A stretch of DNA of 64,000 nt, taken from Malacoraja senta (taxonomy: Eukaryota). The stretch covers positions 62,001-126,000 of the forward strand of contig JAXLNO010000270.1 of NCBI GenBank assembly GCA_038087875.1, written 5' to 3'. Under the pieces are notes generated by a model. That model ran no database searches. It saw nothing but the letters and a program-made list of their open reading frames with translations, and had not been told where the DNA came from. The position numbers and the translations under genes are program-made. This document shows, in pieces, positions 38,581 to 51,100 of this stretch. The stretch's first letter is position 1. Every line of letters begins with the position of its first letter.

Positions 38581-41500
38581 GTAAGGTACTAGAACTGACT
38601 CGGCGACCGTTTCAAGGAACAGTTAGGGAGGGCGGCACGGTGGCCCAGCGGTAGAGATGCTGTCTTACAGCTCTTTCAGCACTTTCAGCGCCAGAGACCC
38701 ATGTTCGATCCTGACTACGGGTGCTGTATGTACGGCGTTTGTACGTTCTCCTCGTGACTTGCGTGGGTTTCTCCAAGAACTTCGATTTTCCCCCCACATT
38801 CCTAAGACGTACAGGATTGTAGGCTTATTGGCTTGGTAAATATGTAAAAAATGTTCCCAGTATGTGATGGATAGTGCTAATGTGCGGGGATAGCTGGTCG
38901 GTGCGGACTCGTTCGGCATGTTTCAGCGCTGTATCTCTAAACTAAACTAAACTGAACTTACACTTGGTTCGCCAACGCCTATTTGTTCTGATCGTTGCTA
39001 AGCATTTGATGTCGCCTTTCATTCACATACTGACCTTTTTGACCTGCGCCTTTGTCAGAGTGCGGCGGCACACAAACCGAATACCTGCTCCTCATAATCC
39101 GCTTGATTAGCTTACAAACTGATTGAGTGCTTTCTCTAATATTAGGCACCAAATCCACATCCACACCCTCCCCTATCTACCACTCAGTTATGTGTTCTAC
39201 CACCGGTCCTCGCACCCAATTCTATCAAACACCTCCCCTTTCATCGACATTTCTTCTCCTGGCTTCACAATGCACATCCTTTGACATATCTCAAAACGTT
39301 TGACTTTTGACATCTGCGAATGTTAGTTTAGTTCAGTTCAGTTCTGAGATATAGCGTGGAAACAGATCCTTCGGCACACCCATGCCGCCCATTAATCCCC
39401 ACACCGTAACAATAACCGACACAGATTACGTACAATTTAACCTTATACAAAATCAATTAACATACATGTACGTTTATGGAATGTGGGATGCAACCGGAGC
39501 ACCCACACAGTACAAGGGGAGAAGGTACAAACTCCATACAGACAGTATCCGTAGGCCGGATCAAATCCGTGTCTCTGGTAGCAACATTACCACTGCGCCA
39601 CCGTGCCGCCCCATGTTGAACCCATCTGCTCAACATTTTCCACCTATAATTCGCCAGGCTTTGCCCTGTCGCTCTTTTTTTTTAAATAGGTTTCCCCAAC
39701 CACCACAACAAATCTGAGGAAGGGACCCGAGCAATTGCTGACCCGCTGAGTTCCTCCAGCACTTTGTATCTATCCGTGTTCTCCAGAGATGTTGCTTGAC
39801 CCGCTGAGTTACAACAACTTTGTTCCGATCCGTGTTCTGCAGATATGCTGCCTGATGCGCTGAGTTACTCCCAAACTTTGTACCTATCCGTGTACACCTG
39901 AGGTGTTGCCTGACCCACTGACTTGATCCTGTACGTTGTGAATGCTTTACATTATTGTCTGCCATTCCTTGTATCTGCTTTTAGCGTGGCTCGTCTTTCA
40001 TATTTCGCTTCTTACAACGTGGACTCGCCGTTTACTAGGACAAATGTCCTCCGTGCCAAAGAACTAGCTGCGTGACAGTCGCGAAAGAGAATTATTCTGT
40101 TGATCGGCACAAAATGCTGCAGTAACTCAGCGGGACAGGCAGCATCTCTGGAGAGAAGGAGTGGGTGCCATTTTGGATGTGTTTGGACCTTTCTTCTCCA
40201 CCTGAAACGTCACCCATTCCTTCTCTCCCGAGATGATGACTGTCCCGCTGAGTAAAATATAGCGGAGATGAGCGGCAAGCCAGAGGATTGGGGAACATTT
40301 AGAGCACATCAGAGGGTAACTAAAAAGGCAATTCGGAGAGAAATGATGGACGAAAATATGCTAGCCAAGATTAGTTAAGACAAATGTGGGTCCTGTGCAG
40401 AGAAAACAGGTGAACGTATTATTGGGAAAATGAAATGGGAAACGAGTTGAGCAGGTACTTTGGTGCTGTCTTCACTATGGAATACGCAAACAATCTTCCA
40501 GTTGTACTGGGGGACAGAGGATCTAGGGTGACGGAGGAACTGAACGAAATTCACATTAGTCCGGAAATGTTTTGGATGGAACTGATGGGACTGAAGGCTG
40601 ATAAATCCCCAGGGTACTCAGGTGGGTGTCTCTAGAAATCGTGGACGCATTGGTGATCATATTCCAATATTCTAAAGATTCTGGATCAGTTCCTGTGGAT
40701 TGAATGGTAGGTAATGTTATCCCACGTTTTAGGAAAGTAGGGAAAGAGAAACAGGGAATTATGGAGCAGTTAGATTCATATCGGTGGTGCGGAATATGCT
40801 GGAGTCGATTATCAAAGGTAATAGCGTCGCACTTGGATAGCAGTAAAAGGATCGGTCTAAATAGTCAGCATGGATTATAGAAAGGGAAATCCTGCTTGAC
40901 AAATCTTAAGCAATTTTTTGAGCATGTAACAAGTAAAATGGATAAGAGGGACACAGGAGATTAGTGGGCAAAATTGAGCATACGGTATAGGGGGTTGGAT
41001 ATTCACATGGATAGAAAACTGGTTGGCAGATAGGAAACGAAGATTATGAATATACCGTTCCCTTTCAGAATCGAAGGCAGTGGATAGTTTGGTGTCGCAA
41101 GGTTCGGTACTGGCACCGCTGCTATTTACAATATCTATTAATGATTTAAATGAAGAAATTAGAAAATTCGCAGGTGACACGAGGCTGAGTGGTAGCGTGA
41201 ACTGTGAAGATACAATACGATACAAATTTATTGTCATTTAAACCTCAAAAGAAATTCAAACGAAATTTTGTTTCTGCAGTCATACAACAAGAAAAGAACC
41301 AAGACACAAAAACAACACAATTTACATAAACATCCATCACAGTGGCCCTCCTTCTCACTGTGTTGGCAGGCAAAATCTTGTCTCTCCCCTGTGTTCCATT
41401 CTTCTCCGGATGTTAAAACCTTCGGAGGGCGATGGCAAGTCCCGCGGCCGATAAAGCGCTCCGGGTCACCCTCAACCCCGCAACTCGGGCGGGAGAAGTT

Positions 41501-42923
41501 GCCGTTGCGGGAGCTCCGAAAAGCGGTCTGCCACCTGGGATCCGCGAGCTCCCGATGTCACTGTCCACCAGAACTACGGCTGGAGCCACCGAGCTCCGGA
41601 GTCGGGTCGCGGCAGCGCGCCACCGCTGCTCTCCACGCTCCGAAGCCGGCCAGCCCCACGATGGTAAGTCCGCAGGCTCCGCGACTGGAGCACCCAGGTC
41701 GTTCCGTTTGGAGGCCGCTCCACAGTGCCGCCCCAACGACAACGGAGACCCGACAGGGAAAAGGTCGGATACCCCGTACAGCGAAGATACTTAAAAGGGG
41801 ATACTATGTTGATGAAGGGTGACTTGGATAGATTGGGTGATAGGGCAGATGCATGACAGATGCAGTGTAATGTGGATAAATGTGAGGTTATTGACTTTGG
41901 TGGCTAGAACAAGAAGGCAGGTTATTATTTGAGTGGTTTCAGATTAGGAAAAGGGGATGTACAACGAGACCTGGATGTCCTTGTACATCAATCACTGAAA
42001 GTAAGCATGCAGTTAAAGCAGGCAGCGAAGAAAGCTAATGGCATGTTGGGCTTCATAACGACAGGATTTGAGTATATAAGCAAAGAGGTCTTTCTACAGT
42101 TTTACAGGGCGCTGGATGGACCACACCTGGAGTTTTGTGTGCAATTTGGGTATCATAACTTCAGGAACGACATTCTTTCTCTTGCGAACGTGCAGCGTAC
42201 GTTCACGAAGTCAATTCCCTGGATGGTTGGACTGTCATATGATGAAAGAATGGAACGACTGTGTTTGTATACACTGGAACTTAGAAGGAATAGGGGATCT
42301 TCCAGTAACATATAACATTATTTAGCGATTAGATAAGCTAGATGCCGGAAACATGATCCCGATATTGGGGGAGTCCAGAACCAGGAGCCACAGAATAACA
42401 ATTAGTGGTAAGCCATTTATAACTGAGACGAGAAAAAACGATTTCACCCAGAGAGTTGTGAATTTGTGTAATTCTCTGCCTCAGAAGGCAGTGGAGGCCG
42501 ATTCACTGGATGCATTCACACGAGAGTTAGATAGAGGTCTTAGGGCTAGCTGAATCAATGGATATGGGGAGAAGGCGGGAACGGGGTTCTGATTTTGGAT
42601 GATCAGCCATGATCACATAGAATCGCGGTGTTGGCCCGAAGGGCCGAATGGCCTACACCTGTATCTATTTTCTATGGTTCTATGATTCCATGATTCACTC
42701 TTTCCCTATCTTCGGTTTAAAATAGCATCTGCAGTTCCTTCCCACACAAATTATTCTGCTACTTCATTTTCGAATATTGCTTCATGTTACCTTAATGGTT
42801 AATTTTATCAGGATATTTGAATTCGAATCTCAACAACCATTTGCACATATGAAGTATATCTAATTAGCTTACGAAACATTAAAAAAGTGCATGCAAGATT
42901 TGCAGACGCTAGATAAAATCGGA

Positions 42924-45019
42924 GGTAGACAGCAAATGCTGGAGTAACTCCGCGGGTGAGGCAGCATCCCTGGAGAGAAGGAATGGTCGACGTTTCGGGT
43001 CGAGACCCTTCTTCAGCCTGATGTCACGGGAGTGGGCGGGACAAATATAGAATGTAGGTGGAGACAATATGACTAGTGGGAGAACTGGGAAGGGGAGGGC
43101 ATGGGGAGAGAAAGCAAGTCCTATCTGAAGTTAGAGAAGTCAATGTTCATACCGCTATGGTGTAAACTACCCAAGCGAAACATGAGGTGCTGCTCCTCGA
43201 ATTTGCGCTGGGCCACACTCTGACAATGAAAGAGGCCCAGGACAGAAAGGTCTGATAGGGAATGGAAGGGGGTGTTGAAGGGGCCTGGGCCACCGGAGGA
43301 TCAGATAGGTTAAGACGGAGTGAGCGGAGGTGTTCATATCCCGCCGAAACATCCTGGCCAACTCGACCCTTCCCACCCAAACCACCCCGCCCCATGTAAT
43401 ATTCCCTTCAACCGCAGGACATGCAACACCTGGACCTTTACCTCCCTCCTCGACTCCATCCAAGGACACAAATTACTCCTCAATGACATTATTCTTCCAG
43501 ATCCCCACTCCCTTTTCTTTACTCTGGATGGCCAGTCAATCTCCACCTCCATCCCCCACCAGTATGCTGTTAAAGCCCTCCGTTTCTTCCTCATCGGCAG
43601 AACCAGCCAATTTCCCTCTACAAGAATCTACTCCGCCAGCAGAGCTGGTCCTTACTCTCACATTCTCCTTAGACTCCTCCCACTTCCCCAGATCCAAGGC
43701 GCAGCGATGGGCACTCGCATGGGCCCTAGCAATGCTTGCCTCTCTGTAGGGAACGTCGAACATGGCCTGTTCCAGGCGGGCACTGGCCCAATCCCCGAAC
43801 TTTACCTCAGCTACATTGACGACTGCATTGGTACTACCTACTGCACCCATGCAGAACTCATAGACTTCATCAACTAGACCACAAATTACCATCCTGCACT
43901 CAAATTCACTTGGACAATCTCCGACATCTCCCTACCGTTTCTAGATCTCACCGTCTCCATCACAGGAAACAGAATATTGACCGGCATCTACTGCAAATAT
44001 ACTGACTCCTATTTCTATCTTGACCACCATTTTTCACACCCTGCTTCCTGTAAAGACTCTACCACCTATTCCCAATTCATCCGTCTGTGCGGCATCTGCG
44101 CCCAGGATGAGGTGTTCCTTCCATACCTGGGCATCGGATATGTCCTCAATCTTTGGGACGGGTTTTCCCCTCTTCCATTATAGACGAGGCTCCCACAAGG
44201 GTCTCGTCTATATCCCGGGCACCGCTCTTACTCTCCCTCCCCCCATTCTTAATAAGGACAGTCACCCTTGTCCTCACCTTCCACCCCATCAGCCGTCTCA
44301 TACAGGATATAATCCTCCAACTTTTCCGCCACCTCCAACGGGAACCCACTACTGGCCACATCTTCACATCTCCACCACTTTCAGCTTCCCGTAGAGACCG
44401 TTCGCTCCGAAACTCCCAGGTCAACACGTCCCTCCCACTAAAACCTCCCCTTATCCAGATACTTTCCCCTGCAAACGCAGATGATGCAACACCTGTCCCA
44501 TTACCTCGTCCCTCGACTCCATCCAAGCACGCACACAGTCTTTCCAGGTGAGGCAGAGGTTCACTTGCACTTCCTCCAACGTCATCTATTGTATCCGCTG
44601 TTCCAGGTGACAACATCTCTAGATCGCCGAAACCATGCGCCGGCTCGGCGATCATTTCGCTGAACACCTCCGCTCAGTCAGTCTTCAACTCCCGCTTCAA
44701 CTCCCCCTCCCATTCCCAAACTGACCTCTCTGTCCTCGACCTCCTCCATTGTCAAATTGGAGGAACAGCATCTCATATTTCACTTGGGTCGTTAACACCG
44801 CAGCGGGATGATCATTGACTGCTCTAACTTCATATAGCCCTTGCTTTATCTCTCCATCCCCTTCCCCTTCCCAGTTCTCCCACGTCTTACTGTCTCCACC
44901 TACATTCTTACTGTTTCCCTCCCCCTCCCCTGAATTCTCGACCCGAAACGTTACCCATTGCTTCTCTCCAAAGATGCAGCCTCGCCCGTTGATTTACTCC
45001 AGCATTTTTTATCTACCTT
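42924..45019 (+). mobile_element. Penelope-like element with inverted 5' terminal repeat (about 42924-43325 inverted against about 44655-45019)
   Basis: GAAMGTRMGPSNACL and YIDDCIG RT motifs; terminal segments are diverged reverse complements of each other. Confidence 0.8.
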
Positions 45020-45042
45020 TAAAAAAATCTTATTTCTTTCAG

Positions 45043-45917
45043 TTAATTTATTGGCTGTTGTGATCCTGTGCCGCGGAAATTGTGGTCTCTCCAAATGCGT
45101 TACCCGCTACCTGGTGGCTATGGCAGCAGTGGATCTAATGGTGGTTGTAGTTAATGTTGTACTGGAGCAGATAAATTATATATATATGTATGCTGAGTTC
45201 TTGATCACTACTCCAACTTGCGCTGTGATAGTCGCCCTACGAGTCGCAAACATGAGCTGTTCCGTTTGGTTCACGGTCGCGTTTACTTTCGATCGATACA
45301 TCTGTATATGCTGCCAGAAGCTGCGGAACCAATATTGTCGCGGGAGAATAGCGACTGCGGTGATAATAACAGTGGTGGTAATGAGTTATGCACAGGGTAT
45401 TCCATATTACTTTGCAGTCGATCCAAGTCGTTGCGTCGGCACAGTTGAATTTCGTACGTCACCTCAATGGAAAGCCTATACGTTGTTTCATAAGATCATT
45501 ACTCCGTTATTACCGTTCGGGACAATTGTACTGCTTAATGTTTCAACAGTTAGACATATTATAACGGCAAATAAACTCCGCCAGCGACTCAGGAAAAGTC
45601 GTGGTGATCAGAAAGACTCAGAGGTACAGAACCGGAGAAAGTCAATGATATTGCTCTTCGCTCTATCAGCCAATTTCATATTATTGTGGATACCCAAAGT
45701 TGTGCATGATGTGAACCGGCAAGTATCAAACTATACCTACCAGGACAAGTATTTCAGCAGTCCTATGTATATTCTACAAGTGTCCGGATTTATGATGCAG
45801 TTGCTCAGTACCTGTACCAACTCCTGTATCTATGGACTGACGATGCGAAAATTCAGAGAGGAATTGAAGAGCGGAGTCAAGTGTTTGTTTACATTGAACG
45901 GAATGCTCTGTAAATAA
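45043..45917 (+). CDS. GPCR copy 4 coding exon 2, intact (GPR139/GPR142-like class A GPCR)
   Basis: Acceptor tatttctttcag ends at 45042; 875 nt open; DRY, WIP, NSCIY motifs; AATAAA at and after the stop. Confidence 0.92.
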
Positions 45918-47143
45918 ATAGGACAAGCAATTGTAAGTTCGTTGAGCTTGTAAATAAATGTCCAGAAAATACAAAATGTCTAGCTTGTTCCACGAAGATG
46001 ACTCAAGTCTTTTTCTTGCACTATTATTCTAATTGATCAGGTTTAATCCGGAGGAAAGGGTCGGCGCAGTGGGCACGACCCAGTTGTGCTACATCAATTC
46101 ATTGTTGCTTTGTGACATATCAATGAGTACTTAACGCCGATTACATGGTTTCGCGGTCGGATTCATGACCCGTGTCTAACATACTATGTTTGGCGTCATC
46201 TCGTGTTCTTGGTCTAACACCTCCCGTTGAGCGTGCATATATTTGCATCTGCTAGCGTTTAAATCAAGGGGGCGAGAATACAAAAATATGGATGTAATGC
46301 TGAGGCTCTATAGGGCGTGACGGGCCGCATTTTTAATATTGTGAGCAATTTTCGGCACCACAGCCGAGGAAGAAAGAGCTGTGGAAAGCGCCCGGAGGAT
46401 GTTTACAAGAATAATCGGACGATTGAGTGAGTTAACATATGATGAGCATTTGACGACAGTGGGCCTATATTCGCTCGAATTTAGAAGAATGGCGGGGGAC
46501 CTCATTGAAACATACCGAATAGTGAAAGGATAAAGTGGATAGAGTCATAGAGTGATACTGTATGAAACATGCCCTTTGGCCCAACTTTCCTAGAGCAGTC
46601 AACATGCCCCAGCTACACTAGTTGTACATGGCACCATTCAGCCCATATCGCTTCAAACCTGTCCTATCTATATATCTCTCTAACTGTTTCTTAAACGTTG
46701 GGATAGTCGCTGCCTCAAATACCTGCTCTGGCAGCTTGTTCCATACATTCATCACCCTTTATGTGAAAAGGTTACCCTCAGAACCCTATTAAATATTTTC
46801 CCCTTCACCCTAAACCTATATACTCTGTTCCGTGATTCACCTACTCTGGCACGAGATTACGTGCATCTACCCGATCAACTGTGGTCCTTTCGCAATCTTA
46901 TACATCTATATGAGATCACCACTCAACATCCTGCGCTCCAAGCCATAGAGTCCCAGCCTGCTCGACCTTTGCCTCTGGCTCAGACCTTCTAATCCTGGCA
47001 GCATCCTCACCAACATCTTATATAACTGCAACATGACCTCCCAATTTCCATACTCGATACTCTGACTGATGAATAGCAATATGCCAAAAGCCTTCTCACC
47101 ACCTGATCTACGTGCGACACCGCCTTCAGGGAACTATGCACAT

Positions 47144-48160
47144 AATAATAATAATAATAATAATAAATGTTATTTATGGGCGCCTTTCAAAAGTCTCAAG
47201 GACACCTTACAAAGTTTAACAAATAGTGCAGAAACATGTAAGCGGAATGAAATAAATAGCAAAGACATCACCAGTACACAAATTAAAGATAGAATTAAAT
47301 CCCAAAACAAAAATCAAAAACACAATATGGAAGAGAGAGCAGCGGCTGCTAAAGCGCACCAGCGTCCACTTTCCCTTCCGACCGCCATCTTGGACATAGA
47401 CTACACATAGACACTACACATTACACACAAAATCATCCCCCACAATGATTACCACTGTGGGGGAGGCACAATGTCTAGTCCCCAACCCCAGTTCATCCAA
47501 AGTCAGGCCTATTGAGGCCTCCACAGTTGACTCTACGGAGGCCCGATGTTCCTGGCCGTTCTCGCCGGGTGCAGTTCCCCGGCGTCGGGAGAGTCCTCAC
47601 AGCGGCTGGGACGGCGGGAACGGCCGATTTCCTACCGGAGTCCGTGGCACCTGAAGCCGACAAGGCCGCGCCGAGCTGGAGCTCAGAGGCTCCCGATGTT
47701 GGAGTCGGAGCCGCCGCCCGCGGCTGGTCGCTCCGCAGTCCCGCAGCCCGGAGGTGTTGAGCTCGGCGGTCGCAGCTCACCGGAACTCCAGCGCGTCGAT
47801 CCAGCGCGGCGACCCAGGCAAGGCATCGCCCGCTCCGCTCCGCTTCGCTCCGCGATAGCGCTCCAGCGCTGTGCCGCCACCGAAGCTGAAGGTGCTGGGC
47901 AGTCCCCGCCAGGAACACGACGCTCCACGCCGCTCCACGCCCGCTGGTAGGCCGCAAGGACGGGTCGACGGGGCAGCCGGGAGAAAAAGCTGCCTCACCG
48001 ACCAGGTAGGGACCTAGAAATAGGTCCCCCCTTACCCCCCCACATTAAAAGCCAAAATTCCCCAACAGACAAAGAAATAAAAAAACTAAAAACTAAGAAA
48101 AAAGTGAATTTACCGGACGGCTGCTGGTTAGCAGCCGTTCCCCAAGATGGCTCCTCCTCG
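47144..48160 (-). mobile_element. GC-rich non-autonomous retroposon with (TTA)n tail, shared only by the units downstream of copies 4 and 5
   Basis: (AAT)n at 47144-47165; empty site actatgcacatgtactcc at 4201 and about 27614; homologous to 13004-13792. Confidence 0.8.
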
Positions 48161-51100
48161 ATGTACTCCTATATCTCTCTGCTCTACAACACTACCCAAT
48201 AGGCAAACGACAATGGATGCAGAACTAGCCATTGGACGCTTCGAGCCAGCACCGCCATTCAATGTGATCATGGCTGATCATCCCTAATCCAGATCATCCT
48301 GACCCGAACCATTCACTGTGTAGGTTCTGCCCATGATAGACTTCCCAAATATGCCAGTATATCCAATCTCACTGAACAGCATCGAGAGACATTCCAACCA
48401 CAAATGATAAGCTTACTGTTCTATAGTTAATAGCATTTTCACTGCAGCCCTTCTTGAATAAAGGCACAGCATTTGCTACCCTACAATCTTCTGGCAACCC
48501 TCCCGTATTTATAGACGACTCGTAAATTTCAAACAGGGATCCCACAATCTCCTCTGTACTTTCCCACAATGACCGCGGATATATATGATCAGGCCCTGGA
48601 GAGTTGTCTAACTTCATACACGATAGTACCTCCAACGTACTATCGACCGTAATACTGACTGCTTTTATTACCCTGCCCTTGACTTCCCCAAGTTCCTCCG
48701 TCCTCCTCTCTTTCTCGTCCGTAAATACTTATGAGAAACACTCATTGAAGACCTTGCCCATCTCCTTTTGCTCCACACATAGTTGACCGTTTTGCATCCT
48801 GAGGGATCCCACTATCTCGTGTTACCCTTTCCATCCTTATATATTTATAAAATCTCTTGGGGTTTTCCTTAATGCTATTTGCCAGAGCGAGCTCCTTGCC
48901 TCTTTTTTGCCCTTCTGATTTTCTTTTTTACTTTGCGCCTTGGTTCCCGAAACTGCGCTAGGGTTACACATGATCCCAGCTGCCTATACATGTCCAATGC
49001 GTGCATTTATTCTTAAATCTTGCCTCAATTTCTCACGACATCCAAGGTTCCTTAGGTTTTCCTGTCTTGCCCTTCACTCCAACAGGGACGTGTCCATCCT
49101 GACCATTTGTCATCACACCTATAAACACATCCCAATTGGTTGATGTTCTTTTCCCCGCAAACCCGCTCCTATCAACTTGAGCGAGACACTATCTCATGCC
49201 CGGAAAGTTGGCCTTACCCAAATTTTGCTTTTTAACGTGATTTCTCTTTCTTTCCCTTTTATCTATCTATCTATCTTAAACCGAATCGACCCTAATATGT
49301 AGGACCCTCTACATGTTGCTGACTATGGAGCGGATGTTTCTACTCGGGGGAGAGTATAGGACTAGAGATCATAGTGTCACAATTAAAGGACGTTCCTTTA
49401 GCAAGGAGAAGAGGAGAAATATATTTAGTCAGAGGGTGGTGAATCTGTGGAATTCATTATCACAGGACACCGTGGATGCCGTCAATAGATGTCTTCCGGG
49501 CAGAGATAGATAGATTCTTGATTAGCACATGTGTCAGGAGCTATGAGGAGAAAAAAGGAGGAAGGGGTTGGGAGGTTATACAGTTGAATAGCCACGATTG
49601 AATGGCGTTGACATGATGGGCCGAATGGCCTAATTATGCTCTGATCATTAATGCCCTTATGATCTATAGAATTCACCCCACGGGGAAGACGCTGTTCCAG
49701 CTTTAAATGATGAATCAACTGCACTTGGTAATTTATATCGGAGTTTCGAATTACGAGCATTGTCTCAGCTGACAGCTCTTGCTTCTTATTCGTTCCTTTT
49801 CGTCTGTGTAACAGCACGAAAGCGTCTAAACGGCATTCACAACTTAGCGTAGCGCCTAAACCGCATTCACAACTTACATGATCTCCCGGTTGCCAAATAC
49901 TTTAATTTACTGTCCTTGGGGTCCTCCACTGTTAGAGTGAGGCAAAAAGGAAATTGTTGGAACATCTTCTCATATTTTGCTTGGGAAGCTTGCAGCCTTG
50001 GGGTATGAAAAATGATTTATTTAGCTTCTAGTAACCCGTACATTATTTCTCTCTCCATCCCCGCATCTCAAGTAATATCAGCTTTCTGATCTCACCTTTT
50101 AAACAGCTAACAGTGGCATGTTTCCTTTATCATTGTTACTTTTTTGCATATCTTTAATTCATTTGTTCTATATCACTTTACATTATCACGTATATATCTC
50201 GGTCTCTATGAGGTGATTTTCAGTTTGAAGAAGAATCTCGAACACAAATGTCACGCATTCCTTCTCTCCAGATAAGCTGCCTGTCCCGTTGCGTTCCTCC
50301 AGCATTGAGTGTCTATCTTCGGTTTAAACCAGCATCTGCAGTTTCATCCTGCACATTTCGTCACACCGAAGGTCCAGGAAGAGAGAAGGTGGGTGCCCAT
50401 GGTCAGAAACAGGAAGTGCAGGTGACTTCACTGGCCATCCCACTTCAAATCAAATACACACTTGAGAGTGCTGACGTGGGGGGACCGCACGTCAAAGTTG
50501 AGCAGCTGTGGCAGGAAGGACTGTTACAGAAACTCTGCCACTGAGGCTCAGCAGGTAATGGCTACGTCAAGCAGAGCCACAATTGTAGATGACTACATAA
50601 TTCGAGGTGCAGACAGGGGTTGATGTGGCAGCAATCGAGACTGAAGGATTGTGTGTTGCTTCCCTACTGCCAGGGTTCATGGCGTCTCGGAGCGGCTTCA
50701 TGACATCCTCTGGAGGGAGGGAAGCAGCGGTAAGTCGTTGTGCATATGGTCACAAATTACGTAGGTGGGAAATGGAAGTACATTCTGCAACAAGAGTATA
50801 GGGAGTTGGGTAAAAAACTAAAAAAAAACATGACTCCCAGTGTCGTGATCTTTGGATCGGTTCAAGCGCCACGTGGTAGTGAGGGTAGGAACAGGAAGAT
50901 ACATGAGTTGAATCTGGGCTGAGAGGTTGGTGCAGAGGAAGATATTCAGATGTCTAGATCATTGTGATCACTTCTGGGGATGAGGTGGCCTTTCCAAGAA
51001 CGATGGCTTACGTTAGCTTGAGAGGATTGAATATCCAGGCACGCATGATCGCTTGTGCTGCACGGGTGGGTTTCAATTAGATTGACAGGGCGGTGGGATC

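Noticed and set aside
47069..47410. 113-aa ORF with a poly-Asn run, repeated at 62138
   Set aside because: It is a chance read-through from an antisense CR1 fragment into the (AAT)n tail of an inserted retroposon.
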